Assembly: GCF_006345805.1 (NCBI RefSeq)
Contig: NW_021825076.1
Span: forward strand, 1-16,542
Origin: Octopus sinensis
Lineage: Eukaryota
Length of the DNA stretch: 16,542 bases
Direction: 5' to 3'
Shown here: positions 1-11,425 of the stretch, one piece after another
Layout of the letters: the number at the start of each line of letters is the position of its first letter
Numbering within the stretch: the stretch's first letter is position 1
Notes under the pieces: generated by a model
What the model was told of the DNA's origin: nothing
Database searches by the model: none
The model's input: the letters and a program-made list of their open reading frames with translations, nothing else
Program-made: the position numbers and the translations under genes

Positions 1-574
1 AGTTGGTTTCAACTGAATGGTTTTAATTATAAATAATCTCACAAAACGTATTAATATACATATTCCCAACGTTTTCAGTTCTTTTCATTCATCCAGTTGG
101 GATCAATAAAGGGGGAACAAATGTTTGTAGGTGAGCGGAATCAAGAGAGCATCTGACGGGATTTTTTCTCCGTATCTTTTCCAGCGCTTGGCATATTGAA
201 GTTAGCCTGATGTTAAATTTTCGTCATTCATTGAATTACTTACTTGCTTTGTGACACTGTGTGTAATTTTAAAGCAGAGGATATCATACATTGTTGATGC
301 AATTACAAAGAAACAGAAAGCGTACCAGGTTCTAGAAGGTGGGGAGAATATTAAAGTTTCAATAGAAAGGTCTAATATGTGTGTATATATAACCATGTAT
401 GTATGTATATGTATGTATGTATCTGTGTGTGCATGTGTGAGTGTCTAACTGAGTTTGTGTATATACTGTTTGCGTTTGTGCTTATTCTAGTGTGTTTTTT
501 CTGTGGTTAAGTGTATTTGTATATGTATCTGATTGACCGCTAAATCCACAAGCTTTTTGGGGTTTTTAAAAAAA

Positions 575-732
575 TTCTCTCTGTGTTTATTTCATAGTGT
601 CCCTTTCTGTTGAAGAGCGTAGGCTCGAAACGTAAAAAACTTTCTCACCTTTCCGAACCTCAAAATAATACACCTGCTTGTTGTTTATACACCTGTCTTC
701 GTCTTTAGTTTTTCTTTAAGTTTCAACTATAA
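575..732 (+). mobile_element. Putative Penelope-like element terminal-repeat remnant
   Basis: Contains the hammerhead-like motif, followed by a T-rich end (acacctgtcttcgtctttagtttt) that recurs inverted at 9813-9860 and 9885-9925. It ends in a (TA)/(TG) microsatellite. Boundaries are approximate. Confidence 0.5.
604..637 (+). ncRNA. Minimal hammerhead-like motif with A6U core variant
   Basis: TTT-CTGTTGA-A-GAGC-GTAG-GCTC-GAAA-CGTA-AAA. It has a 4-bp stem II, palindromic ACGU stem III and GUA triplet. The box is CUGUUGA rather than CUGANGA. Confidence 0.5.
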
Positions 733-736
733 ATAC

Positions 737-782
<46 letters not shown>

Positions 783-1356
783 ATATATATATATGCACAT
801 ATGTATCTATATATACGTCATGTATATACATATACACAAACTGTCTTTTGTGCAACAAACACACATCTGTTAATAGGTATGTATACTCAACTATAGTCTA
901 CAGTACTATTAATAATAATAATCCTTTTAGTAATAATGTAATGCACCAGCAACAAACAAAAAAATAAAACGCCTCTTCAATATAAACAGAACACAGTCGG
1001 ATACTCAAAGTCGCACAGATTCACATAATCACAGTCTTACAGACATAGATAAAACAGATAAATAAATATCCCGATAAATATATGTAATCGATAATATATC
1101 CGACCTGGTTTATAAACTGAACCGCCATATTTAAAGTTTAATATTCTTAAAAGTACATCGCCATCATCGACCTTATAACATTATCAGCAGCAATATCTAA
1201 CTTCAAGTTGATGCCAGTAAAAGAAGCTAATTGGTACAGGATTCCTAAAAAAAAGTGCAGGATTGCTAGGATTTTAATTCTATAATCTTAGTGCTTCATT
1301 GATCAGGGATAACGTAGAGTTATCTGAGCGATCAGAATGATAAAAGGAATTTATCT

Positions 1357-1558
1357 GACAGAATCGTTAGCACGTCTGGAAAATACGCGGCAGCATTTCG
1401 TCCACCGCTTCGTTCTGTGTTCAAATTCCACCGAGATCGACATTTGTCTTTCATCGTTTCACGGTCAATAAAATAAAAACCAGTGGAAAACTAGGGTCGA
1501 TGTAATCGACTTCGCACCTCTCCAAAATCTGCTGGCCTTGTGCCAAAGTTTGAAACTT
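1357..1558 (+). mobile_element. SINE family B, diverged copy with alternative tail
   Basis: gacagaatcgttagcacg...gttcaaattccaccgagatcgac...gggtcgatgtaatcgact is collinear with 10641-10795. The tail is ctctccaaaatctgctggccttgtgccaaagtttgaaac. Confidence 0.82.
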
Positions 1559-1731
1559 TCATTAACAGAACGATTAATATCCATGAATTTGAACAACACT
1601 AACTCTAATATCATCTGTCGCGCAATTATTAGAAGAAAAGACTTCCTGGAAATAGCAATGAAATCTTCCTTAATCGAAAGAGTGTCATCTTATAGACACG
1701 AAAGAGTTCTAAACGTTTTGTGAGCCCTGAT

Positions 1732-1930
1732 ATCTTTTAACTTGTATTTGCATCGGCCATTGCACTGCACCTGCTGGAAGGGTTTCGGTTGGAGAAATTG
1801 ATCAAGATATTAATGTTTTCTCAAGTCTTCTGGTTATTTCTCTTCGTATGTTTTGTTGTAGTTAAGGAGAAGTAAATAAATCAACACCGGTTGGCAAGCG
1901 TATAGTGGGTACATGTGATAAGCACAAAAA
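1732..1930 (-). mobile_element. Highly degenerate SINE family A 3' half
   Basis: Patchy collinear similarity to 8290-8490: cttgt...ggccat...gcacc...aaattga...gtaaataaatcaacaccggttggcaagcg. Confidence 0.55.
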
Positions 1931-2000
1931 CATAAATATATTTAGGTATGTATAAATATCAATATACAATAATAAAATATGTACATACATATGTTTCGTC

Positions 2001-2006
2001 TATATA

Positions 2007-2066
<60 letters not shown>

Positions 2067-2414
2067 CATATATATATATACATATATATATATACTATAT
2101 ATATATACATATATACATATATATATATACATATATATATATATACAATATATATATATACATATATATTATACATATATATATATATATATATAATATA
2201 TATAATATATATATAATATATATAGATATACATATATATATATATATACCTATATTATACATATATAATATATATATACATATATATATACATATATATA
2301 TATATACATATATATACATATATATATATATACATATATATATATAATATATATATATATATAATAATATATATACATATATATATATATATTATATATA
2401 TGTATATATATATA

Positions 2415-2467
<53 letters not shown>

Positions 2468-2496
2468 TATATATGTATATATATATATATATATAT
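2001..2496. repeat. Interrupted (TA)n microsatellite, about 500 bp
   Basis: Direct inspection. Confidence 0.95.
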
Positions 2497-2635
2497 GGAA
2501 ATAAAACAGCAATATGATTGACAAGACTGAAACACGTTTAATTATAAAGTTGTTTTAGTAATAAATCTCAAATTTGGTATAAGTCACGAACAACAGGAAC
2601 TACAACCACAGCATTATATCTAAAGAAACCTCATG

Positions 2636-4345
<1,710 letters not shown>

Positions 4346-4714
4346 ACTCAATGTGGGTACCAGTATGGCCGTCACCATTCTACCATCACTGGCTTGGCAG
4401 CGGTTGTGTAGATGTTCTGATGCTGGTTGTAAGGGTTACTGTTTTTAATGTTTCTGTGGTTGTGCTGTGGTGGTGATATTTATTGCGATGGTGGCATTGG
4501 TGTTATTGTTAATATTGGTATTGTAAGCTAGTGATGTTGTTGTTATTGTTGTGGTTGTTTAGGACCAACCAGCTCTGATTGATTCAACAAATGATCAAAG
4601 ACATTCCAGCTGTGACTATCCCTGTCTTCTTTGAATCCTGGATCAATCTTTTTTTTTCTTTCTCAATCTCAATCTCACGATCTATCTATCACTCTCTCTC
4701 ACACACACTCTGTC

Positions 4715-4751
<37 letters not shown>

Positions 4752-4869
4752 GGCGTAAAGGCGTGATATTACGGTTATTTCACTGCTCTTTCTAGTAGCT
4801 TATGGCACCACGTAATGGCTCCCATTTTGGCTCGACTATGGTGTCGATGTTGGTACTGTTGATAAAAGT

Positions 4870-4909
<40 letters not shown>

Positions 4910-4916
4910 CAGCAGC

Positions 4917-4960
<44 letters not shown>

Positions 4961-4966
4961 AAGTAG
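4870..4966. repeat. (TAG)n microsatellite with CAG interruption
   Basis: Direct inspection. Confidence 0.95.
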
Positions 4967-5586
4967 TATAGATGATTTGAGCATGGTTGTGCTTTCTGTT
5001 GTAAAACAGTAATTTTGTTTTTCAGCTCACTTCACCTTCATCGAACCCATAACCAAAAACATGCCAGCCTTGACCATCGCAATTTTTCAGTCATAGCGTA
5101 CCCTGGAGTACATTATATAATGTTCCGGTATTTCAAAAACAAAAAAGAAGAGGGGGAGAGAATTCAATCACGTCAAAACACACTATGGTATGATTTTGGA
5201 GTGATTTACTTGTTTTTTCTAGCAGACTGATGAGCCACATTGTCCATGGTGGTGGTGATGATGATGGCGGTAGTGTTAGTTCTGTGTGTTATTGATACAG
5301 CCCTTTAACAGAAACTGTAATAGTTAGTCACAGTACAGAGTGTTATAGAGAAAATGACGTTGACGATGATGATGATGTGGATGGTGGTGGTGGTGGTGGT
5401 GGTGATGATGATGATGACTATGATTGCGCTTAGTCGGCAGAGTGTAGAAAGTAGAAAGGAAGAATCGCGGAATCACACACATAAGTACGCTTGAGTGTAT
5501 ATGCGTAAATACAATGTGTGTACGTGTGTGTGCGTTTGCACTGAGACACAAACACACACACATGATATATATATATATACATATAA

Positions 5587-5700
5587 GGCGCAGGAGTGGC
5601 TTTGTGGTAAGTAGGTTGCTTACCAGCACATGTTCTCGGGTTCACTCCCACTGCCTGTGAGTGAATTTGGTAGAGGTAAACTGAAAGAAGCCCGTCGTAT
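5587..5700 (+). mobile_element. SINE family A 5' half with an internal deletion
   Basis: ggcgcaggagtggctttgtggtaagtaggttgcttacc...gggttcactcccactgc is joined directly to ctgtgagtgaatttggtagaggtaaactgaaagaagcccgtcg. About 50 nt present in the other copies is missing. Confidence 0.85.
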
Positions 5701-5761
5701 ATTATATATTATATATTATATATATAATATATATATATATATAATATATATATATATTATG

Positions 5762-5799
<38 letters not shown>

Positions 5800-6649
5800 A
5801 TTATATATATATGTATATGTATATATATTTAATGTGTGTTTATGTGTGTGTGTGTGTAATGCCAAACATCATAAAGAAGAGTAGAGAGGATGTATGCTTC
5901 GCATTTGTTTATGTCTTGGTTATAGAGGCAGTGTGATATCCAATGAAGCGAACCCCGGAGTTACCTATTACGTGAAGTACCGTGTAAATGTTTATCTTCT
6001 ACAGTTCTGTATGTTCTCTATGATTCAATGTGGTTAGCCGGATCCGGATCATACCAGAACGTTAATGCGGTACCTACGAGATTTCCAAACCTTGTTCCTT
6101 CTCGTTATTTATTCCTTCACGTTATACACACCACACACACACACACACACATTATATCTTATAATATACTTGTTTCCACAAACTGTGGTGCACACACGTA
6201 CACACACTCACACACACACACACGCATACACACACGCACATTCACACACGGCCATATACACTCACACACACACACACACGTGGTTCCACTCCTCTCGGCG
6301 ATTTACTCAGATTCAACGTCTCAATTCTTGTAAGTCTATAATTTTCAGTTTATGCTGTATCATAGAAAATTAAACGATTACCTTATACATATGTACATAA
6401 ATACTTATATACGTGTATACATGCATTTAATATGCAATATATAATACATAGGTACAAAACCTGCATACAATATATGCATTCGTATGCTGCATATAAGATT
6501 TACATACATGTATATGTAGAATACGTTCAATATGAATATATAAAAACAATGCGTATATACAAAGCTCACATGCAATACGTTTGCATACACATAGACACAC
6601 ACACATACATAAAGACTTCCATTCATACGTATATGCATACATTGATACA

Positions 6650-6743
6650 CACATACATACATACACACATACATACATGCATGCATACATACATAAATAC
6701 ATACATACATACATACATACATACATACATACGTACATACATA
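6650..6743. repeat. (CATA)n microsatellite
   Basis: Direct inspection. Confidence 0.9.
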
Positions 6744-6909
6744 CGGACGATAAAAAGAAAGAAATGTGTAGAGTAAAGACTGCGATTTCTTAAAACTCAA
6801 AAAAAAAAAACACAAAAAAAAAACAAACAACGATACATAGAGAGAAAGCGAAGTTCAGATAGGAAGAATAAGACAAAAACGAGAGAAATTGGAAGAGTAG
6901 GAGGAGAGA

Positions 6910-6983
6910 GAAGAAGAAGAAGAAGAAGAAGAAGAAGAGAAGAAGAAGAAGAAGAAGAAGAAGAAGAAGAAGAAGAAGAAGAA
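6910..6983. repeat. (GAA)n microsatellite
   Basis: Direct inspection. Confidence 0.95.
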
Positions 6984-7069
6984 AAGACGATAACGAAGCG
7001 TATTCATTATAGCCAATTGCTATTCTATAATGGTAACAACCATAAAACTACTACTACTACTACTACTAC

Positions 7070-7110
<41 letters not shown>

Positions 7111-7511
7111 GTATTGCTTCTTGCGTTACTCATGCTACAGCTGTTTGTGTCGCTATTAAAAGTGTATTATTATTACTGACTCTACTGATACTGCTGCTAC
7201 TCGGAATTGTTGGAATCTAGACTGGCACTTCCTCGCAGCTTAGCAGTAGGAATTTCCTGGGATTACAACGTATAGGCGAACATATCATATACACACATGC
7301 CTGTGCATGCACACACGCACGCACAAGCACATACAAGACGGCACGTGTGTGTATATATATCTATATGCAAGCAGGCACAAGTGCATACAAATCTGCACAT
7401 ATATGAACAGTATTATATATATATATATATATTATATAATATATATATTATATATATAATATATAATATAAGTAGATATGTATTGTATATAAATCTCTGA
7501 GTGAGAAATAA

Positions 7512-7879
7512 ACACGGTTCTGGATTCAGTCCCACTGCGTGTAACCTTGGGCAAGTGTCTTCTACTATGGCCTCGGGCTGACCTAAGCCTTGCGAGTGGA
7601 TTTGCTAGACAAAAACTGAAAGAAGCACGTTGTATATATGTATGGTATATATATATGTCTGTGTATATATGATTGTGTGTCTGTGTTTGTCCCACCAACA
7701 TCGCTTGACAACAAATGCTGGTGTGTTTACGTCCCCATAACTTAGCGGTTCGGTAAAAGAGATCGATAGAATAAGTACTAGGCTTACAAAGAATATGTGC
7801 TGGGATCGATTTGCTCGACTAAAGTCGGTACTCGAGCATGGTCGCAGTCAAATGACTAAAACAAGTAAAAGAGTAAAAG
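7512..7879 (+). mobile_element. SINE family A, 5'-truncated (A-box region missing)
   Basis: ggttctggattcagtcccactgcg...gaaagaagcacgttg, then a (TA/TG) linker, then tttgtcccaccaacatcgcttg...aaacaagtaaaagagtaaaag. Aligns along its length to the reverse complement of 8277-8630. Confidence 0.88.
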
Positions 7880-8207
7880 CACGGAATCGTGACGTATATT
7901 TGCCAACTAAATGTGACGTTCCATAGAGGACGATGCTACTGTTCATTTTAGCCCCAGGAGGATTTTCTCTTCCGGCTGGCTAACGACACTCTGTGTCTGA
8001 TTAGTATTTGCGAAAGGAAATCATTGTTCTCATCTCTGTGCCTGACGAGATAGGTTCGTCTAACGACCCTATTAAACGTTAAGTTGAATGTAGCCGAATC
8101 TTATATTAAATAACTAATAAGTGTAACTCCTACATGATGTGTTGAGTGCCAGCGCCACTTTCTTCCTTCCTTCTTCACACTTGCTTGTGTGTACATACAT
8201 ACATGCT

Positions 8208-8251
<44 letters not shown>

Positions 8252-8276
8252 TATATGTGTGCGTGTACATACATAC

Positions 8277-8662
8277 TCTTACACTTTACTGTTTTACTTG
8301 TTTCAGTCATTTGACTGTAGCCATGCTGGAGCACCGCCCTTAATCGAGCAAATCGACACCAGGACTTATTCTTTGTAAGCCTAGTACTTATTTTATCGGT
8401 CATTTTTTGCCGAACCGCTAGGTTACGGGGACGTAAACACACCACCATCGGTGTGGGGGGGGCAAGCGATGTTGGGGGGGACAAACGCATACATATATAC
8501 GACGGGCTTCTTTCAGTTTCCGTCTACCAAATCCTCTCGCAAGGATTTGGTCGGCTTGAGGCTATAGTAGAAGACACGTGCCTAAGGTGCCACGCAGTGG
8601 GACTGAACTCGGAACGATGTGATTGGTAAGCAAGCTACTTACCACACAGCCGCTGCTGCGGC
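8277..8662 (-). mobile_element. Full-length tRNA-derived SINE, family A (octopus-type)
   Basis: Minus-strand head gccgcagcagcggctgtgtggtaagtagcttgcttacc...gagttcagtccc has A-box-like and B-box-like motifs. It is followed by a body ending gaaagaagcccgtcg, a (TA)/(TG) linker and a 3' half ending ctgaaacaagtaaaa. Collinear with the copies at 7512-7879 and 5587-5700. Confidence 0.88.
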
Positions 8663-8668
8663 TTTAGG

Positions 8669-8718
8669 AAAAATAAGTAACGCTTCTTGAATTCGCGTCG
8701 CATCCTTGTGCAGGGGCC

Positions 8719-8750
<32 letters not shown>

Positions 8751-8772
8751 TTATTTATACTAAAGCAAGTAT
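8669..8772 (-). pseudogene. U6: U6 spliceosomal snRNA copy (probable retropseudogene or variant)
   Basis: Reverse complement reads ATACTTGCTTTAGTATAAATAATAAAATTGGAACGATACAGAGAAGATTAGCATGGCCCCTGCACAAGGATGCGACGCGAATTCAAGAAGCGTTACTTATTTTT. It has the ACAGAGA box, AGC triad, internal stem-loop and oligo-T end. The 5' stem-loop is shortened, the 3' third carries substitutions, and the upstream flank is (CA)n rather than a PSE/TATA promoter. Confidence 0.92.
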
Positions 8773-8785
8773 AAATATACACATA

Positions 8786-8814
8786 TGTGTGTGTGTGTGT
8801 GTGTGTGTGTCTGT

Positions 8815-8851
<37 letters not shown>
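8786..8851. repeat. (TG)n microsatellite upstream of the minus-strand U6 copy
   Basis: Direct inspection. Confidence 0.95.
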
Positions 8852-8854
<3 letters not shown>

Positions 8855-9357
8855 AATTGTCGCATTGATAAGCCGAGTGTTTGAGATTTAGAAATCAGAA
8901 ACCATTGACAACTTTTAAACACTCAAAAATACACACACACACACACACACAAACACACAAAGACGCCAACGTATACACCACCACACCAACACACACACGC
9001 ACATATACACACTTATTCCATACTTTCATTCATAAAATGTGCTCAAATATTTACGTGCATTTCAATGTGTACACTTATATAGGCAGACACATGTACACAC
9101 AAATGTATATACCTTTGTGAGTGTCTTTCTTTGTAATGGTGTGTGTTTTTGTGTATGTGCTTCGGTATGTGGTTGTATGTATGTGTGTGTGTGTGTGTGG
9201 TGAGGGAGGGAGGGAGGGAGGCTGGCATCACATCTTTTGGCTGTTATTTTAAATTACAAGACATCCCAGACTGACTTGAAAGCATTTACATGTCTTACAT
9301 TTTAAGACATGTTTTTAATGAATTATTAATATCATATTATTTAATATTAAAGAAACG

Positions 9358-9403
9358 ATTATTATTATTATTATTATTATCATCATCTTCATTATTATTG
9401 TTA

Positions 9404-9460
<57 letters not shown>
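9358..9460. repeat. (ATT)n microsatellite
   Basis: Direct inspection. Confidence 0.95.
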
Positions 9461-9461
<1 letters not shown>

Positions 9462-9812
9462 ATTAATACTACTACTATTACCGTTGTCAATATCATCATC
9501 ATCATCGTCGTCGTCGCCGTTGTCGTCGTCGCGTCGTCATCGTCGTCATCAATAGCTTATAATACTATTTAAATTCCTTGATTGTAAGCAATGTTTTAAA
9601 TTCGGTTTCGATCACTCCTGTTATACTTCTGTTTGTGTATCAATTGAAATACGAAAATATTTGCGATAAAATAGCTTTATAGATCAAGGGAATATATGAT
9701 TAATATAACGCACACACACACACATATGTACATGTACACATATAAATATGCATACAAACATATATACATACATGCATACTAAAAGATAGGCAGATATATA
9801 TATATATATATA

Positions 9813-9921
9813 ACGGGAAGCTTTATGAAAATAGACAAAAGACGAAGGCAGGTGGAAAACATATATATATATATATATATATATAGGGAGAGTTTACGAA
9901 AAAAAAAGACGAAGACAGGTG

Positions 9922-9925
<4 letters not shown>
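9813..9925 (-). repeat. Two short tail fragments of the element at 575-732, separated by (TA)n
   Basis: aaaagacgaaggcaggtgg and aaaagacgaagacaggtgg match the reverse complement of cacctgtcttcgtcttt (690-706), one exactly and one with a single mismatch. Confidence 0.7.
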
Positions 9926-9964
<39 letters not shown>

Positions 9965-10045
9965 CAATATAACACATGCACAGAATATATCTATCTATCT
10001 ATCTGTCTACCAGTCTTTCCCTCTACCTCTCTCTCTCTCTCATCT

Positions 10046-10084
<39 letters not shown>

Positions 10085-10630
10085 ATGTATGTATACACAC
10101 ACACATAGGGTCTGATTTCGCAGTTCAATATTGAAACTTCAATGTTACTATCAATTACATTACCGTATGTGCGTTTGAGTGTGGGTAAGTGCGTGTTGCT
10201 ACCTGTGTGTGTGTGTGTGTGTGCGTATGTGTTTGCGTGCGTATGTGTGTGCGTGTGTGAGTGTGTATGCGTGTGTGTGTGTTGGTGTACGCGTGCTATC
10301 AATAAAATACATAAGCACACGTAAGGCATACTTGTCATATCTGCTCCATTTCCTCACCATTTTTTTTCTCACCGTGCATCAAACTAATATGAAAATAAAT
10401 ATCTTAATAGACGAAGCAAATAAATAAAGCCGCGAAAACAGCCAGCAGCAACGCAACGGCAGCAATGGCAACAGCAGCACCAGCAGTAGCACAGCAGTGA
10501 CACATAACTGCAGAAAATAGACCGCAAGATTGCAGTGGAATAGCCCAATGTATGCAAGTATTGTGAGAACCTGTCTCAAGCAATGAAATAAATCTTCGTC
10601 GTGGTTCTATTTTACAAGTATTCTCATAAC

Positions 10631-10863
10631 CCGGTGAGCTGGCAGAATCGTTAGCACGCCGGGTGAAATATTTAGCGGTATTTCGTCTGCCATTACGTTC
10701 TGAGTTCAAATTCCGCCGAGGTCGACTTTACCTTTCATCCTTTCGGGGTCGATAAATTAAATACCAGTTACGCACTGGGGTCGATGTAATCGACTTAATC
10801 CGTTTGTCTGTCCTTCTTTGTCCCCTCTCTGTGTTTAGCCCCTTGTGGGCAGTAAAGAAATAG
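10631..10863 (+). mobile_element. tRNA-derived SINE, family B, well preserved
   Basis: Head ggtgagctggcagaatcgttagcacgccgg, B-box-like gagttcaaattcc, central cctttcatcctttcggggtcgataaa, GTCGATgtaATCGAC hairpin and tail ending gtaaagaaatag. Homologous to 1357-1558. Confidence 0.85.
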
Positions 10864-10865
10864 AT

Positions 10866-11010
10866 TTTTAGCACACTCAACAGCAAAGGTATCGATTTAA
10901 TGTAAGGAGTTCAAATTACGCCTATGTGGTCAGTTGAGAAACGGGGTCGATGTAAACGACGAGCTCGTTCTCCTAAAATATTTTGCCTTGTACAAATATT
11001 CGAAAGACCT
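10866..11010 (+). mobile_element. SINE family B, degenerate and internally deleted
   Basis: ttagcac...gagttcaaattacgcc...cagttgagaaacggggtcgatgtaaacgac...gccttgtacaaatattcgaaa. Confidence 0.6.
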
Positions 11011-11022
11011 ATTACTGTTATA

Positions 11023-11197
11023 AGGCAGCGTGCTGTCAATATCGCTAGCACTTTGAAAAAAATGCCTTTCTTCTGGCTTTATGTTCAGAGTTTAAATATC
11101 GCCTGGGTCGTTTTCATAATTTCAAGGTCTATAAAATAATTACTAGTTGAGTCCCTTTCACCCCAAATTGCTCGTCTCGTGCCATAACTTGAAGCTA
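11023..11197 (+). mobile_element. SINE family B, degenerate
   Basis: ggcagcgtgctgtcaatatcgctagcac...gttcagagtttaaatatcgcc...ataaaataattactagttgag...ccccaaattgctcgtctcgtgccataacttgaa. Confidence 0.65.
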
Positions 11198-11200
11198 AAA

Positions 11201-11375
11201 TTGGTTTCAAATTTTGGTACAAGGTCAGCACTTTCAGGGGACGGAGTAAGTGGATTACATCGACGCCAGCTGAGCATCGGTGCTTATTTTATCGGTGACG
11301 AAAGGATGATAGGAAAAGTCGGTCTCGTTGGAAGATGAGCTCAGCTCGTAAAGACAGACGAAATGTCTATAAGCG
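11201..11375 (-). mobile_element. SINE family B, degenerate, inverted
   Basis: Plus-strand ggtttcaaattttggtacaaggtcagca...gattacatcgacgccag...cttattttatcg...gaaaggatga...gacagacgaaat is the reverse complement of the family B body and tail. Confidence 0.72.
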
Positions 11376-11388
11376 ACTCCATCTAAGA

Positions 11389-11425
11389 ATATCTGAAGAA
11401 GGAATATTATTCCGAAATATCATAT
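11389..11425 (+). ncRNA. Minimal type-I hammerhead ribozyme motif (Penelope-like element type), core intact
   Basis: ATAT-CTGAAGA-A-GGAAT-ATT-ATTCC-GAAA-TATC-ATAT. It contains the CUGANGA box, 5-bp stem II, GAAA box, palindromic AUAU stem III, AUC cleavage triplet and 4-bp stem I. Confidence 0.6.

Noticed and set aside
4595-4630. ttccagctgtgactatc resembling tgccagccttgaccatc at about 5062-5078
   Set aside because: These are possibly old fragments of another repeat family, but the match is too short to call.
5227-5260. CTGATGAG hammerhead-like box (similar boxes at 11671 and 13580)
   Set aside because: None is followed by a stem II closed by a GAAA box.
5925-5990. Possible small exon (GSVISNEANPGVTYYVKYR) or a degenerate minus-strand tRNA-like B box
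   Set aside because: Too short, the splice signals are weak, and neither reading can be supported without a search.
8101-8490. 129-aa minus-strand ORF
   Set aside because: It is made of SINE 3' half plus (TA)n and is not a gene.
8590-8662. tRNA gene
   Set aside because: A/B-box-like motifs are present, but I could not fold a full cloverleaf and the sequence continues into a SINE body shared with other copies.
10404-10709. 101-aa minus-strand ORF
   Set aside because: It starts inside a SINE and runs through a degenerate CAG tract.
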